Of a stretch of 30,929 nucleotides of DNA, positions 1 through 8,990 are shown piece by piece. The position numbers were made by a program, and so were the translations under genes. The notes under the pieces were generated by a model. That model was given only the letters and a program-made list of their open reading frames with translations, searched no databases and was not told where the DNA came from. Each line of letters opens with the position of its first letter. Within the stretch, counting starts at the first letter, position 1. This DNA comes from Myxococcota bacterium (lineage in GTDB: Bacteria > Myxococcota > XYA12-FULL-58-9 > JABJBS01), in assembly GCA_036339465.1 (NCBI GenBank), contig JAYZAY010000051.1, forward strand, positions 1 to 30,929, read 5' to 3'.

Positions 1-1
1 A

Positions 2-907
2 TTACATGGTCATCGGGCCACCATGCCCGAGTATGTTGAGTGGATTGAGTGGACTGAAGAAGTTTTGCTGAAGAAGATGCCCATTCGCAACTATCTGTGG
101 ATGAATTGTGTGGCAGCATCTTTAACCGAGATGGCCAAAGACTTGGAAATCCCCCACGAAATTGACGTGGTAGATTATTTGCGCAAGCTCAAGCAAGAGG
201 TAAGTCGTTTAGAATTACAGGGGGTGGATATGAAGGCGCCCCACGATGCAACCTTAGCCCTTTACCGAAAATTACCGGGCGAAATTCAAGAGGTGGTTAG
301 AAATCCAGGGTTGTGTGGTCATCCATCGGCAGGGGATATTCTGGATGGTGTTAAATCTTTCCAAATCGATTGGGCATCGATGCCCGCCGAGGCTTCTGGT
401 CTTGGGAAGAGCTTTCAGTTAGTGGTGGGTGATGTTGAAGGGTTTTCGAATACCCTAAGCGCCACGGATCAACTGGAGAGCTGGTTGCTTGGGGGGTCTG
501 CTCCTGGGGTTCGCAATCTGGAGAAGGATGCTATTTTGGGTGCTTTGGGTACCTTGAGCAAGGAGTATAGTACCTTCGCTATTTTGGGCACCAATGCCTT
601 GGCGAATTTCGTTGCGACCTCTCTAGGAGAACGGGTTAGCGTTGTCAGTTCCGTTGATTATTTCGAAGATATCGACCGCCTTCCGTGCGGAAAAGAGGTC
701 GATTATTTGAACCGTTTGAGTTCAGGCCGATTTGATTGTTTGATCTCGACCGTGGTTTTATCTGAAGTCGATACCCTCCGGTTGAAGGCGCTGTGCGAGG
801 AAGATGGTGCTGGAGCTCCGTTCTTTTTGACCTATGAAGATTTCATGATTGCTTTAACCCGCCCGGAGTCCAAAGAGACGCCCTATGCGAGGTGTGTAAA
901 CGAATGA
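2..907 (+). CDS. 5'-truncated hypothetical protein (probably glycosylation-island accessory)
   Basis: Frame is open from the window edge (LHGHRAT-MPEY...) to TGA at 905-907. The C-terminus has Rossmann-like strands (FAILGTN..., FDCLISTVV). No family recognised. Confidence 0.6.
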   Translation, partial: LHGHRATMPEYVEWIEWTEEVLLKKMPIRNYLWMNCVAASLTEMAKDLEIPHEIDVVDYLRKLKQEVSRLELQGVDMKAPHDATLALYRKLPGEIQEVVRNPGLCGHPSAGDILDGVKSFQIDWASMPAEASGLGKSFQLVVGDVEGFSNTLSATDQLESWLLGGSAPGVRNLEKDAILGALGTLSKEYSTFAILGTNALANFVATSLGERVSVVSSVDYFEDIDRLPCGKEVDYLNRLSSGRFDCLISTVVLSEVDTLRLKALCEEDGAGAPFFLTYEDFMIALTRPESKETPYARCVNE

Positions 908-911
908 ATCT

Positions 912-956
912 AGCGGATTTCCGACGGATTCCTCTAGGTTGTGTCGGAAATTAGAC
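912..956. promoter_or_regulatory. Paired inverted boxes, candidate enhancer (UAS) for a sigma54 activator
   Basis: Perfect 9-bp inverted repeat ATTTCCGAC (917-925) / GTCGGAAAT (943-951). Box 943-956 is GTCGGAAATTAGAC (GTC-N8-GAC). Box 912-925 read on the minus strand is GTCGGAAATCCGCT. Confidence 0.5.
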
Positions 957-1008
957 GATCCCTCAATTTGAAGCTACCGTAATCACTAATCTTTCTTCTT
1001 CAAAATGA

Positions 1009-1024
1009 CGGCATGGATTTTGCT
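1009..1024 (+). promoter_or_regulatory. Sigma54 (RpoN) -24/-12 promoter
   Basis: CGGCATGGATTTTGCT versus consensus TGGCACG-N4-TTGCW. GG at 1010-1011 and GC at 1022-1023 have exact N10 spacing. Intergenic, upstream of hddA. Confidence 0.65.
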
Positions 1025-1181
1025 GGATCCATAGCCTGTAGAGTTGAATCTCATGAGGAGTGGTCGGTTTGCTGGCAAGAATTTCAGTTTCTCGAATAAT
1101 CGTCGATGGGCCTCTGGTGGCGGTAGTCAGTAGGTACTTCGTCAGGGACGGGGATTGTGGCGTGTCAGAAGGGGGACAACG

Positions 1182-2294
1182 ATGATTGTGAGTAGAACTC
1201 CATTTAGGATTTCATTCTTTGGAGGTGGTACGGACTACCCGGAGTGGTATCGCAAACATGGTGGTGCCGTTTTATCTGCCACCATCGACAAGTATTGTTA
1301 TCTGACATGTCGTTATCTTCCGCCATTTTTCGCCCACAAATATCGCGTTGTCTATTCCAAAATGGAACAGTGTAATCGACTGGATGAATTGTTACATCCC
1401 GCGGTTCGCGAAGTGATTCGATTCAGCGGGGAAGAGCGAGGGCTGTGCATTACCCATGACGGTGATTTACCGGCCCGAAGTGGGATGGGGTCAAGCTCGA
1501 GTTTTACCGTGGGATTTTTGAATGCACTTTATGCTCTGCAGGGACGAATGGTGAGTAAGCATCAGTTGGCGATGAACAGCATTCATATTGAGCAGGAAAT
1601 TCTAAGGGAAGCTGTGGGTTCGCAAGATCAGGTTGCGGCGGCCTATGGCGGGGTCAATAAGATTAGTTTTGCAACTAATGGTTCTGTTTCAGTGACGCCA
1701 GTAACCATTGGTACCCAACGATTGTCCGAACTAAATGACCACATCATGCTTTTTTATACGGGGATTAAACGAACGGCGGCGAATATCGCCAAAAGTTACG
1801 TGGAAAACCTCGACCAGAGACGTCGCCAAATGCGACTGATGGAGCAGCTATTGGATGAGTCCATCGAGGTTCTATCCAATGGCCGTGATCTTCATGATTT
1901 TGGTGAACTCATGCACGAAGGTTGGATGGCCAAGCGTAGTCTCAGTAAGCTGGTTTCTAATGAGGAAGTCGATGGTTTATATGACAAGGCGCGAAAGGCT
2001 GGCGCTGTTGGCGGGAAATTAACGGGTGCCGGTGGAGGGGGCTTTATGCTTCTATTTGTTCCACCGGAACGTCAGAAAAAGTTAAAGAAAGCGCTGAGTG
2101 ACTTGGTTCATGTTCCCTTCAAATTTGAATACTCTGGTAGCCAGATCATCGTATGTGACCATGAAGAAGATTTTGCGGAAGTCGAAAAAACTCAACTCCG
2201 ACCAACGGCTCGCAAGGTACGGGAACTCGAACTCGAACAGGGTGTAAGCACCGAAACCAATAGACCGAAGAAGCGGAAAGAGAAAATCGCTTAA
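1182..2294 (+). CDS. hddA: D-glycero-alpha-D-manno-heptose-7-phosphate kinase (GHMP kinase)
   Basis: MIVSRTPFRISFFGGGTD, DLPARSGMGSSS, GSQDQ and GGKLTGAGGGGF motifs. ATG 1182 follows GAAGGGGG and is preferred over TTG 1155. Confidence 0.88.
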   Translation: MIVSRTPFRISFFGGGTDYPEWYRKHGGAVLSATIDKYCYLTCRYLPPFFAHKYRVVYSKMEQCNRLDELLHPAVREVIRFSGEERGLCITHDGDLPARSGMGSSSSFTVGFLNALYALQGRMVSKHQLAMNSIHIEQEILREAVGSQDQVAAAYGGVNKISFATNGSVSVTPVTIGTQRLSELNDHIMLFYTGIKRTAANIAKSYVENLDQRRRQMRLMEQLLDESIEVLSNGRDLHDFGELMHEGWMAKRSLSKLVSNEEVDGLYDKARKAGAVGGKLTGAGGGGFMLLFVPPERQKKLKKALSDLVHVPFKFEYSGSQIIVCDHEEDFAEVEKTQLRPTARKVRELELEQGVSTETNRPKKRKEKIA

Positions 2295-2361
2295 GAGTTG
2301 AGCATAAGGGCAATAATTATCCAGAACCAGAAAATGAAATTGACAAGATTAGGGATTTGAA

Positions 2362-3870
2362 ATGACTGAAAAGGTAGACGTACTCTTTATTAATCCGGGC
2401 AACCGTAAAGAAATTTATCAAGCCCTTGGCAACGAGTTTACTGCCATTGAGCCTCCAGCATTCGCGGGTCTCTTTGCATCTTATCTTCGGATTAAGGGAG
2501 TGTCTGTGGCTATTTTGGATGCACCGGCCCTAGGACTGAATTCAACTCAGGTCACCGATTTGGCCTTTGAGACTTATGAGCCCACGATGATTGCCTTGGC
2601 AGTTTACGGCTACCAGCCATCGGCATCTACCCAGAATATGACGGCCGCCGGGCAGGTGGCCAGTCGAGTGAAGGAAACCCATCCCGATGTTCCGGTTTTC
2701 ATGACCGGAACGCATCCGGCGGCGTTGCCGAAACGTACCATGATCGATGAAGATGTGGATTTTGTATGTGATCTCGAAGGACCGATCACCATTAAGAAAA
2801 CAGTCGAAGCGCTGAAGGCCGGGGTGACAGATTTTTCGGAAATCCCGAGTTTATGGTGGCGTGACTCAGAAGACAAGATTCGCGCTCCCCAGAGTGCAGA
2901 GGGGTTGGTGAAGAATCTCGATGAGGAAATGCCTGGCATTGCTTGGGATTTGCTTCCCATGGAGAAGTACCGTTCCCATAATTGGCATTCCTTTGCCCAT
3001 ATTGATGAACGGGCGCCCTATGCATCAATTCATACAAGCTTGGGGTGTCCTTATAAGTGTTCTTTTTGCTGTATTAATGCTCCCTTTGGGAAACCCAGTT
3101 ATCGGATGTGGAAGCCCGAAAGCGTAATCGCTGAGATCGACCGACTCGTTTATGATTATGGGATCTACAATATTAAGTTTGTGGATGAGATGTTCGTGCT
3201 CAATAAGAAGCACGTAACTGAAATTTGCAACTTGCTCATTAGCCGACCCTATAAAGTGAATATCTGGGCCTACGCAAGGGTAGACACCGTGCAGGACGAT
3301 TGGCTCGATATGCTCAAGGCCGCGGGATTCAACTGGCTATGTTTGGGTATCGAAAGTGCCAGCGGTACTGTTAGAGATGGTGCCCATAAAATTTATGGCA
3401 ACGATGACATCATTGAAGTTGTGCGAAAGATTCAAGCTGCAGGTATCTACATTATTGGAAACTACATCTTCGGACTTCCCGACGACACCCAAGAAAGGAT
3501 GCAAGGAACTTTGGATTTGGCAATGGAACTCAACTGCGAATTCGCAAATTTCTATTCAGCCATGGCTTATCCGGGCTCCCGACTATACGATATGGCGGTT
3601 CAAAAAGGTACACCGCTTCCCGCGGAGTGGCATCATTTTTCCCAACATGGGTACCAAGCATTACCTCTGGCCAACGACTATGTGACGGCCACGGAAATCC
3701 TAGAATTTAGGGATAAGGCTTTTGAACGGTATTTTGATAATCCCGTCTACCTGGACATGGTTCGGGAAAAATTTGGGCAAGACGTCGTGGAGCACATCAA
3801 TCGTATGCGCAAGATCCCTTTAAAGCGAAAGCTCTTTGAAGAAGCTGAGGCCAAGAAAGGTGCGGCCTAA
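2362..3870 (+). CDS. B12-binding domain radical SAM protein (class B methylase-like)
   Basis: N-terminal cobalamin-binding-type domain (VLFINPG, GTHPAALP, DFVCDLEG), then CPYKCSFC, FVDEMF, LGIES, GNYIFGLP and AYPGSRLY. Confidence 0.88.
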   Translation: MTEKVDVLFINPGNRKEIYQALGNEFTAIEPPAFAGLFASYLRIKGVSVAILDAPALGLNSTQVTDLAFETYEPTMIALAVYGYQPSASTQNMTAAGQVASRVKETHPDVPVFMTGTHPAALPKRTMIDEDVDFVCDLEGPITIKKTVEALKAGVTDFSEIPSLWWRDSEDKIRAPQSAEGLVKNLDEEMPGIAWDLLPMEKYRSHNWHSFAHIDERAPYASIHTSLGCPYKCSFCCINAPFGKPSYRMWKPESVIAEIDRLVYDYGIYNIKFVDEMFVLNKKHVTEICNLLISRPYKVNIWAYARVDTVQDDWLDMLKAAGFNWLCLGIESASGTVRDGAHKIYGNDDIIEVVRKIQAAGIYIIGNYIFGLPDDTQERMQGTLDLAMELNCEFANFYSAMAYPGSRLYDMAVQKGTPLPAEWHHFSQHGYQALPLANDYVTATEILEFRDKAFERYFDNPVYLDMVREKFGQDVVEHINRMRKIPLKRKLFEEAEAKKGAA

Positions 3871-3874
3871 TGCT

Positions 3875-4546
3875 ATGAGGCACGGGTGGCACAATTTCGG
3901 CGACGCAAATGAGTGTGGTACGCACTTGGCTCGGGCGGTTGAAGAAGAGGTTAATGCCGATCTCAAAACCCTTAAACGTGTTAGTGTGGTTGTTCCTGGT
4001 GGCAATACGCCAAAGCACTTTCTGGCGGCTCTCTCTCAGAGCGAAATCGATTGGAGCCGAGTCGATCTTACTTTAAGCGACGAGCGCTGGGTAGCGCCCG
4101 CCGACCACCGGAGTAATGAGAGGATGGTTCGGGGCAAGTTTCTGTCGCAGGTAGAAAAACCGCCGCGTTTCTTTTCTTTATGGCGGTCTGAGATTGTCGG
4201 TGATTCGGCACAGTCAATGTTGGAGCAATCTCTGGGGGAGATGGCGTCCCCGGTGAGCGTGGCGGTGGTGGGAATAGGTGCCGACGGTCATTTTGGCTCC
4301 CTATTTCCTGGAGAAAAGTACCGCGACCGGCAAACGAAGAAATGCATTTGGGTCCCCTCAAAAACTCGCGGAAACCGAATTTCCCTAAGCTATGGCTTTC
4401 TATTAAGTGCCAGAAAGGTTTATGTTTTGGCCGGAGGAAAAGACAAACAAAAGGTTTTGAGTGAAGCACAAACAACGCGAATTGATTTACCTATTTCGAG
4501 TTTCTATTGGGATAGGCCGAACCAATTTGAAGTGTATACTTTTTGA
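3875..4546 (+). CDS. pgl: 6-phosphogluconolactonase
   Basis: PGGNTP, DERWV..SNERMVR, GIGADGHFGSLFP and RISL motifs. Start uncertain (ATG 3875 or GTG 3860). Confidence 0.8.
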   Translation: MRHGWHNFGDANECGTHLARAVEEEVNADLKTLKRVSVVVPGGNTPKHFLAALSQSEIDWSRVDLTLSDERWVAPADHRSNERMVRGKFLSQVEKPPRFFSLWRSEIVGDSAQSMLEQSLGEMASPVSVAVVGIGADGHFGSLFPGEKYRDRQTKKCIWVPSKTRGNRISLSYGFLLSARKVYVLAGGKDKQKVLSEAQTTRIDLPISSFYWDRPNQFEVYTF

Positions 4547-4566
4547 TAATGAAGTGAGCGTGGTTG

Positions 4567-5394
4567 ATGGAAATCGAAGTATTAAAAGAAAAAGCGAAAT
4601 GGTTGAGACTTGAATTACTCGACATGGTGGAGAAGGCGAGGAAGGGGCATATACCCTCGTCCTATTCATGTACGGAAATCTTGATCAGTCTCTATTACGA
4701 TGGCGTGCTCAAGTACAAAAATGGCGAGCCGGATTGGGATGGACGAGACCGGGTGGTTATGAGCAAGGGACATGCGGGAATGGCCATGTATCCAATTTTT
4801 GCAGATCTTGGATTTTACGATAAGTCTCATCTCGACCAGTTTTGTAAGAAGGAGTCGGTGCTCAGAATGTATCCGGATCCATCCATTCCTGGCGTGGAAT
4901 CGGTGTCTGGTTCGTTGGGTCATGCCTTGGGGATCGCTGCTGGCTGGTCTTTGGCAGATCGGTCTGAGAAACGAAACAGCCGAAATGTGGTTATTCTCGG
5001 CGACGGGGAATGCTACGAGGGTTCCATTTGGGAAACGGCCATGTTTGCGGCTCACCATCGCCTTGAAAACCTGGTGGCCATTGTGGACCGAAATCAACTA
5101 TGCATTTTGGGAGAGACAGAAGAACTACTCGAATTGGGTGACTTGGCTGCCAAATGGCGGGCCTTTGGTTGGCATGTGGTAGAAATCAATGGTCATAGTT
5201 TTGAGGAATTACGTGAGGCGTTCAAAGAGGTGGGCAATACCAATGGGAAACCCTTGGCCATTGTTGCCAACACAGTGAAAGGGAAGGGTGTGTCTTTTAT
5301 GGAAGGCCAGTGGCAGTGGCATAATAGGATCCCCACGGCCGAGATGTTTGAGCAAGCAAGAGACGAAGTTAGAGCGGGTTTGAAGGGGATATAG
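4567..5394 (+). CDS. Transketolase, N-terminal (ThDP-binding) subunit
   Basis: GHIPSSYS, DRVVMSKGH, GSLGHAL, ThDP motif GDGECYEG...VDRN, TVKGKGVSFME...WH. Confidence 0.9.
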   Translation: MEIEVLKEKAKWLRLELLDMVEKARKGHIPSSYSCTEILISLYYDGVLKYKNGEPDWDGRDRVVMSKGHAGMAMYPIFADLGFYDKSHLDQFCKKESVLRMYPDPSIPGVESVSGSLGHALGIAAGWSLADRSEKRNSRNVVILGDGECYEGSIWETAMFAAHHRLENLVAIVDRNQLCILGETEELLELGDLAAKWRAFGWHVVEINGHSFEELREAFKEVGNTNGKPLAIVANTVKGKGVSFMEGQWQWHNRIPTAEMFEQARDEVRAGLKGI

Positions 5395-6345
5395 GTGGTA
5401 GATATGACAGCGGTAAGAAAACTTCAGAGAGACGTGTTTATCGACGTAATTTATGAAGCAGCATGCAAGGATAAGGATGTTATTTTTGTTAGTTGCGATT
5501 TGGGAGCAGCGGCTCTCGACCGATTCCGTGAGGAGCTACCTGACCAATTTTTGCATACTGGTATTTCCGAGCAAAATATGATCGATACCGTTTGTGGCTT
5601 GGCCATGGCCGGTAAGAAGGTCTTTTGTTACGCCATGGCTTGTTTTCTTACTTCCCGTTGCTTTGAGCAGATTAAATGCAGTTTGGGTATTTTGCAGCAG
5701 CCTGTTACGCTCGTGGGCGTAGGTGTTGGTTTGGGTTATGATAATGCGGGTCCCACCCATTATTCGGTGGAAGATATTGCCTGCTTGAGAACGATTCCGG
5801 GGATGGAAGTTTTTTCTCCGGCAGATACCGAGGCGACGGCTTCCATTGCGAGCCTCTGTTTGGAGAATCCGGCATTACGTTATGTCCGCTTGGAACGACC
5901 CTACCTTTCGGATGTCTATCGACATGGTTTTCAACAAGCGCAAAAAGATGGTTTTGGGATTCTTCGTGGAGAGGGGAGTGTGGCTCTGGTTAGTTCGGGC
6001 TTGATGGTTCACAAATGCTTAGATGCGGCAGAGGAGCTGGATTCCCAAGGGCAGAAGGTTGCGGTCATCGACCTTTTCAGGGTCAAGCCCATCAATAAAA
6101 AAGCACTGTGTGAGTTGCTTGAGAAATATGATGGAATCGTAACCGTAGAAGAACAATGGCTTTCAGGAGGCATGGGTTCAGCGGTTTTGGAAGTGATGGC
6201 CGATGTGGGTTTATCAAAGCCCGTGAAGCGCCTTGGCTTACCCGAAAACTTTCTTTTTGAGAATGGCGGCCGCGACTATTTACACGAAAAATATGGACCG
6301 AATACAAAACAAATACTGAGTGCAGTAAGGACCTTTTCGCTTTAG
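5395..6345 (+). CDS. Transketolase, C-terminal (pyrimidine-binding) subunit
   Basis: GISEQNMI, GPTHYSVED, YVRLER, VTVEEQ..GGMGSAV. Abuts the N-terminal subunit gene. Confidence 0.9.
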   Translation: MVDMTAVRKLQRDVFIDVIYEAACKDKDVIFVSCDLGAAALDRFREELPDQFLHTGISEQNMIDTVCGLAMAGKKVFCYAMACFLTSRCFEQIKCSLGILQQPVTLVGVGVGLGYDNAGPTHYSVEDIACLRTIPGMEVFSPADTEATASIASLCLENPALRYVRLERPYLSDVYRHGFQQAQKDGFGILRGEGSVALVSSGLMVHKCLDAAEELDSQGQKVAVIDLFRVKPINKKALCELLEKYDGIVTVEEQWLSGGMGSAVLEVMADVGLSKPVKRLGLPENFLFENGGRDYLHEKYGPNTKQILSAVRTFSL

Positions 6346-6392
6346 GGCCGAAAATACCCAATGGTGACCCCGAAGGTGCGAGTGAGGGTGAG

Positions 6393-8102
6393 ATGAAAGT
6401 AATTGTATTTGGTGGTTCTGGGTTTTTAGGTTCCTATGTTGTGGAAGAACTCCTTCAGCGTGGGCACGAGGTGACGGTTTTTGACCGTCAAGCTTCGCCC
6501 TATCACCAAAATCTCAATCTTCGTTTTATTCAAGGGGACTTGTTAAATCGACAAGAGGTTTCCGATGCCGTTGCTGGGCAAGATGCTGTATACAATTTTG
6601 CGGGTCAACCGGATATTGGGGTCTCTCTCGAAGAGCCAGTGAGCACGTTAGAGGTAAATGTGCTGGGTAATATCTATGTTTTGGAAGCATGTAGAGAACA
6701 CGATGTTAAACGTTTTGTCTATGCCAGCACGGCCTATGTCTTTTCCCAAAAGGGTGCGTTTTACGGCACTTCTAAGAAGTGCTCGGAGCGAATCATCGAG
6801 GAGTATCACCAACAGTTTGGTTTGCCATTTACCATTGTCCGTTATGGATCTGTTTATGGTGAAAGGGCTGATGGGAAGAATCGTATCTATCGGTTATTAC
6901 ACTCCGCTCTATTAAGTGGACGAATTGTTTTTCCCGGTGATGGCTCGGAGGTTCGGGAATATATCCATGGACGTGATGCGGCAAAATTGAGTGTGGATAT
7001 TTTAGATACTTCTTTTGAGAATCAACATATTATTCTTACGGGTAACGAACGGTATAAGTATTCAGAGGTTCTAGAGCTCATTCGGGAGATTATGCAGGAT
7101 AAGGTCGAAGTTGAGTATTTGTCGAGCGAATATAAGGGGCACTACAAGCTCACACCTTATTCATTCAATCCAACCATTAGCCGTAAGTTGGTGAATAATC
7201 CTGGGATTGACTTTTCCCAAGGTATTCTTCACTGCATCGAGCAACTCTACGATGATATTCATGGTCGTCCAGCCTTTGAAGGCCGCCCGGAGAAACCATC
7301 GAAAACCATGGTTCTGGAAGGCCATAAGGATGTGGTGCAGTTTCCTAATAAAGGACAGTGTCTCCGCGACGTCGATGTGGCGGTGTTGGCGGGTAAAGTT
7401 GGCTCTTCTCATCACGACATACTGGCGGGTAAGCCGCTACTACTTGCGCCCGTTGGCCTCGGCTCCTACGTGGATTTCTTGTTGGACTGGCTGGTGGGTT
7501 ACGGGGCTCAACGGGTGGTTTTCTGTTTGGGAGAAGGAGCTGAGCAAGTCCGTGAGCATTTTCGCCAAAAACATCGAGAGGATATTGAGGTGGAGTTGGT
7601 GGTGGAGCCTTCACCACAGGGAACGGCGGGGGCCCTAAGGTTCGCTAGCGGTCAGCTCAATACGGAGACGGTTTTGACTATCAATGGTGACACCTTTGTG
7701 GGTGCTGATCTCAACGAATTCATGTCGCGATTCAAAGAATCTGGCTTACCTGTCTCCATGGTTTGTACTCAAGTTGAGGAAGTGGGTCGCTTTGGCTTAG
7801 TGGAGCTCGATGATAGCGAGCAGCGGATATCTGGATTTTGGGAAAAGCCCAATACACCGGGGGTTGCGGGCATGATTAACGCCGGCATCTATCTCTTTTC
7901 GGCTTCGATGCTTAAGCAAATTGAGCGGGGTAACGCTAAATCCCTCGAAAAAGATATTTTGGAACATCAACTGGCGGGTACGATTGGTGCTTATGCCGGT
8001 GCGTTTCCCTTTTGCGATATTGGGATCCCAGAGGATTTGGCCCGTGCCCATGAATTGATGGCACATTATGCACCAAGGTCCGTAAGAAAAGCAGCCCTTT
8101 AA
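6393..8102 (+). CDS. Fusion of NAD-dependent epimerase/dehydratase (extended SDR) and HddC-like sugar-1-phosphate nucleotidyltransferase
   Basis: N-terminal GGSGFLGS, YGTSK (YxxxK), RYGSVYG. C-terminal EPSPQGTAGAL, INGDTF, FWEKP, INAGIY, FCDIGIPED. One uninterrupted 569-aa ORF. Confidence 0.82.
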   Translation: MKVIVFGGSGFLGSYVVEELLQRGHEVTVFDRQASPYHQNLNLRFIQGDLLNRQEVSDAVAGQDAVYNFAGQPDIGVSLEEPVSTLEVNVLGNIYVLEACREHDVKRFVYASTAYVFSQKGAFYGTSKKCSERIIEEYHQQFGLPFTIVRYGSVYGERADGKNRIYRLLHSALLSGRIVFPGDGSEVREYIHGRDAAKLSVDILDTSFENQHIILTGNERYKYSEVLELIREIMQDKVEVEYLSSEYKGHYKLTPYSFNPTISRKLVNNPGIDFSQGILHCIEQLYDDIHGRPAFEGRPEKPSKTMVLEGHKDVVQFPNKGQCLRDVDVAVLAGKVGSSHHDILAGKPLLLAPVGLGSYVDFLLDWLVGYGAQRVVFCLGEGAEQVREHFRQKHREDIEVELVVEPSPQGTAGALRFASGQLNTETVLTINGDTFVGADLNEFMSRFKESGLPVSMVCTQVEEVGRFGLVELDDSEQRISGFWEKPNTPGVAGMINAGIYLFSASMLKQIERGNAKSLEKDILEHQLAGTIGAYAGAFPFCDIGIPEDLARAHELMAHYAPRSVRKAAL

Positions 8103-8105
8103 GTA

Positions 8106-8702
8106 TCAGGATTTTGGCCGCATATGACCATAAAGTCGTTCTTCGACCGCTTGGCAAATAATGTGCTCAATGCTTAGATGGGATTCCTGAATAAATTGAG
8201 TATCCCCACTGGGCACGGAGATCACCGCATCAGCCTCACCGCTCTTAAGGCCCGCCTCACCGGTCAATGCAATCACCGAAATGCCCATCTTTTGACACTG
8301 CTCAATACCTAGGATGACGTTTTTGGATCCGCCACTGGTGGTGATCCCCAAGAAAACATCTCCTTTTTTTCCCAGTCCTTCCACCTGTCGAGCAAAAATA
8401 CCGTCGTATCCGCAGTCGTTGGCGAATGCGGTTAGAAATGATGTGTCGGTGGTTAGAGCGAGGGCAGGGAGACTGGGACGGTCGAAATCCTTGGTGAGTC
8501 GACTGGTGAATTCTGCGGCCATATGCTGGCAATCCGCGGCACTACCACCGTTTCCACAAATCAGGAGTTTGTTGCCGTTCCGAAAAGCCGCTTCGATGAG
8601 GTCCACGGCTTGAGTTATTGAGTCCACACAGGAGTCCGCGACGAGGCGCTTAACGCGGGCGCTTTCTTCGAGATGCTCGGTGATGGTCTGCTTCAGGTCC
8701 AT
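8106..8702 (-). CDS. gmhA: Phosphoheptose (sedoheptulose-7-phosphate) isomerase
   Basis: CGNGGSAADCQHMAAE, ALTTDTS, ANDCGY..FARQVEGLG, TTSGGS, IQESH. Confidence 0.93.
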   Translation of the reverse strand: MDLKQTITEHLEESARVKRLVADSCVDSITQAVDLIEAAFRNGNKLLICGNGGSAADCQHMAAEFTSRLTKDFDRPSLPALALTTDTSFLTAFANDCGYDGIFARQVEGLGKKGDVFLGITTSGGSKNVILGIEQCQKMGISVIALTGEAGLKSGEADAVISVPSGDTQFIQESHLSIEHIICQAVEERLYGHMRPKS

Positions 8703-8896
8703 GATGATTCTCTCTTGGGGGATACTCCCCGTTTATTGGGTCCCCTCTATCTAGTGTAATCGGAGTTCCTGCTTTCTACCATTATTTATTGGTTTTGTGA
8801 ACGGGGCGGTCAGGGCTGGAAACTATATTTCGAAAGGTTTCCACTTCTTGCAGAACAACAATGGCTATTCCTTGTTTCTTGTCGGGAAGTCATCAT

Positions 8897-8923
8897 TAAA
8901 GTGGTCCCGTTTTTCGACGATGA
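8897..8923 (+). promoter_or_regulatory. Sigma28 (FliA)-like promoter
   Basis: TAAA(GTGG)-N15-GACGATGA versus consensus TAAA-N15-GCCGATAA; 67 nt upstream of ATG 8991. Confidence 0.5.
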
Positions 8924-8990
8924 AAGGACAGTTCTGGTGATCTTCGAGAGAAGATTGGGGTAATTTGAACTTCATAACTACGGGATTTTT

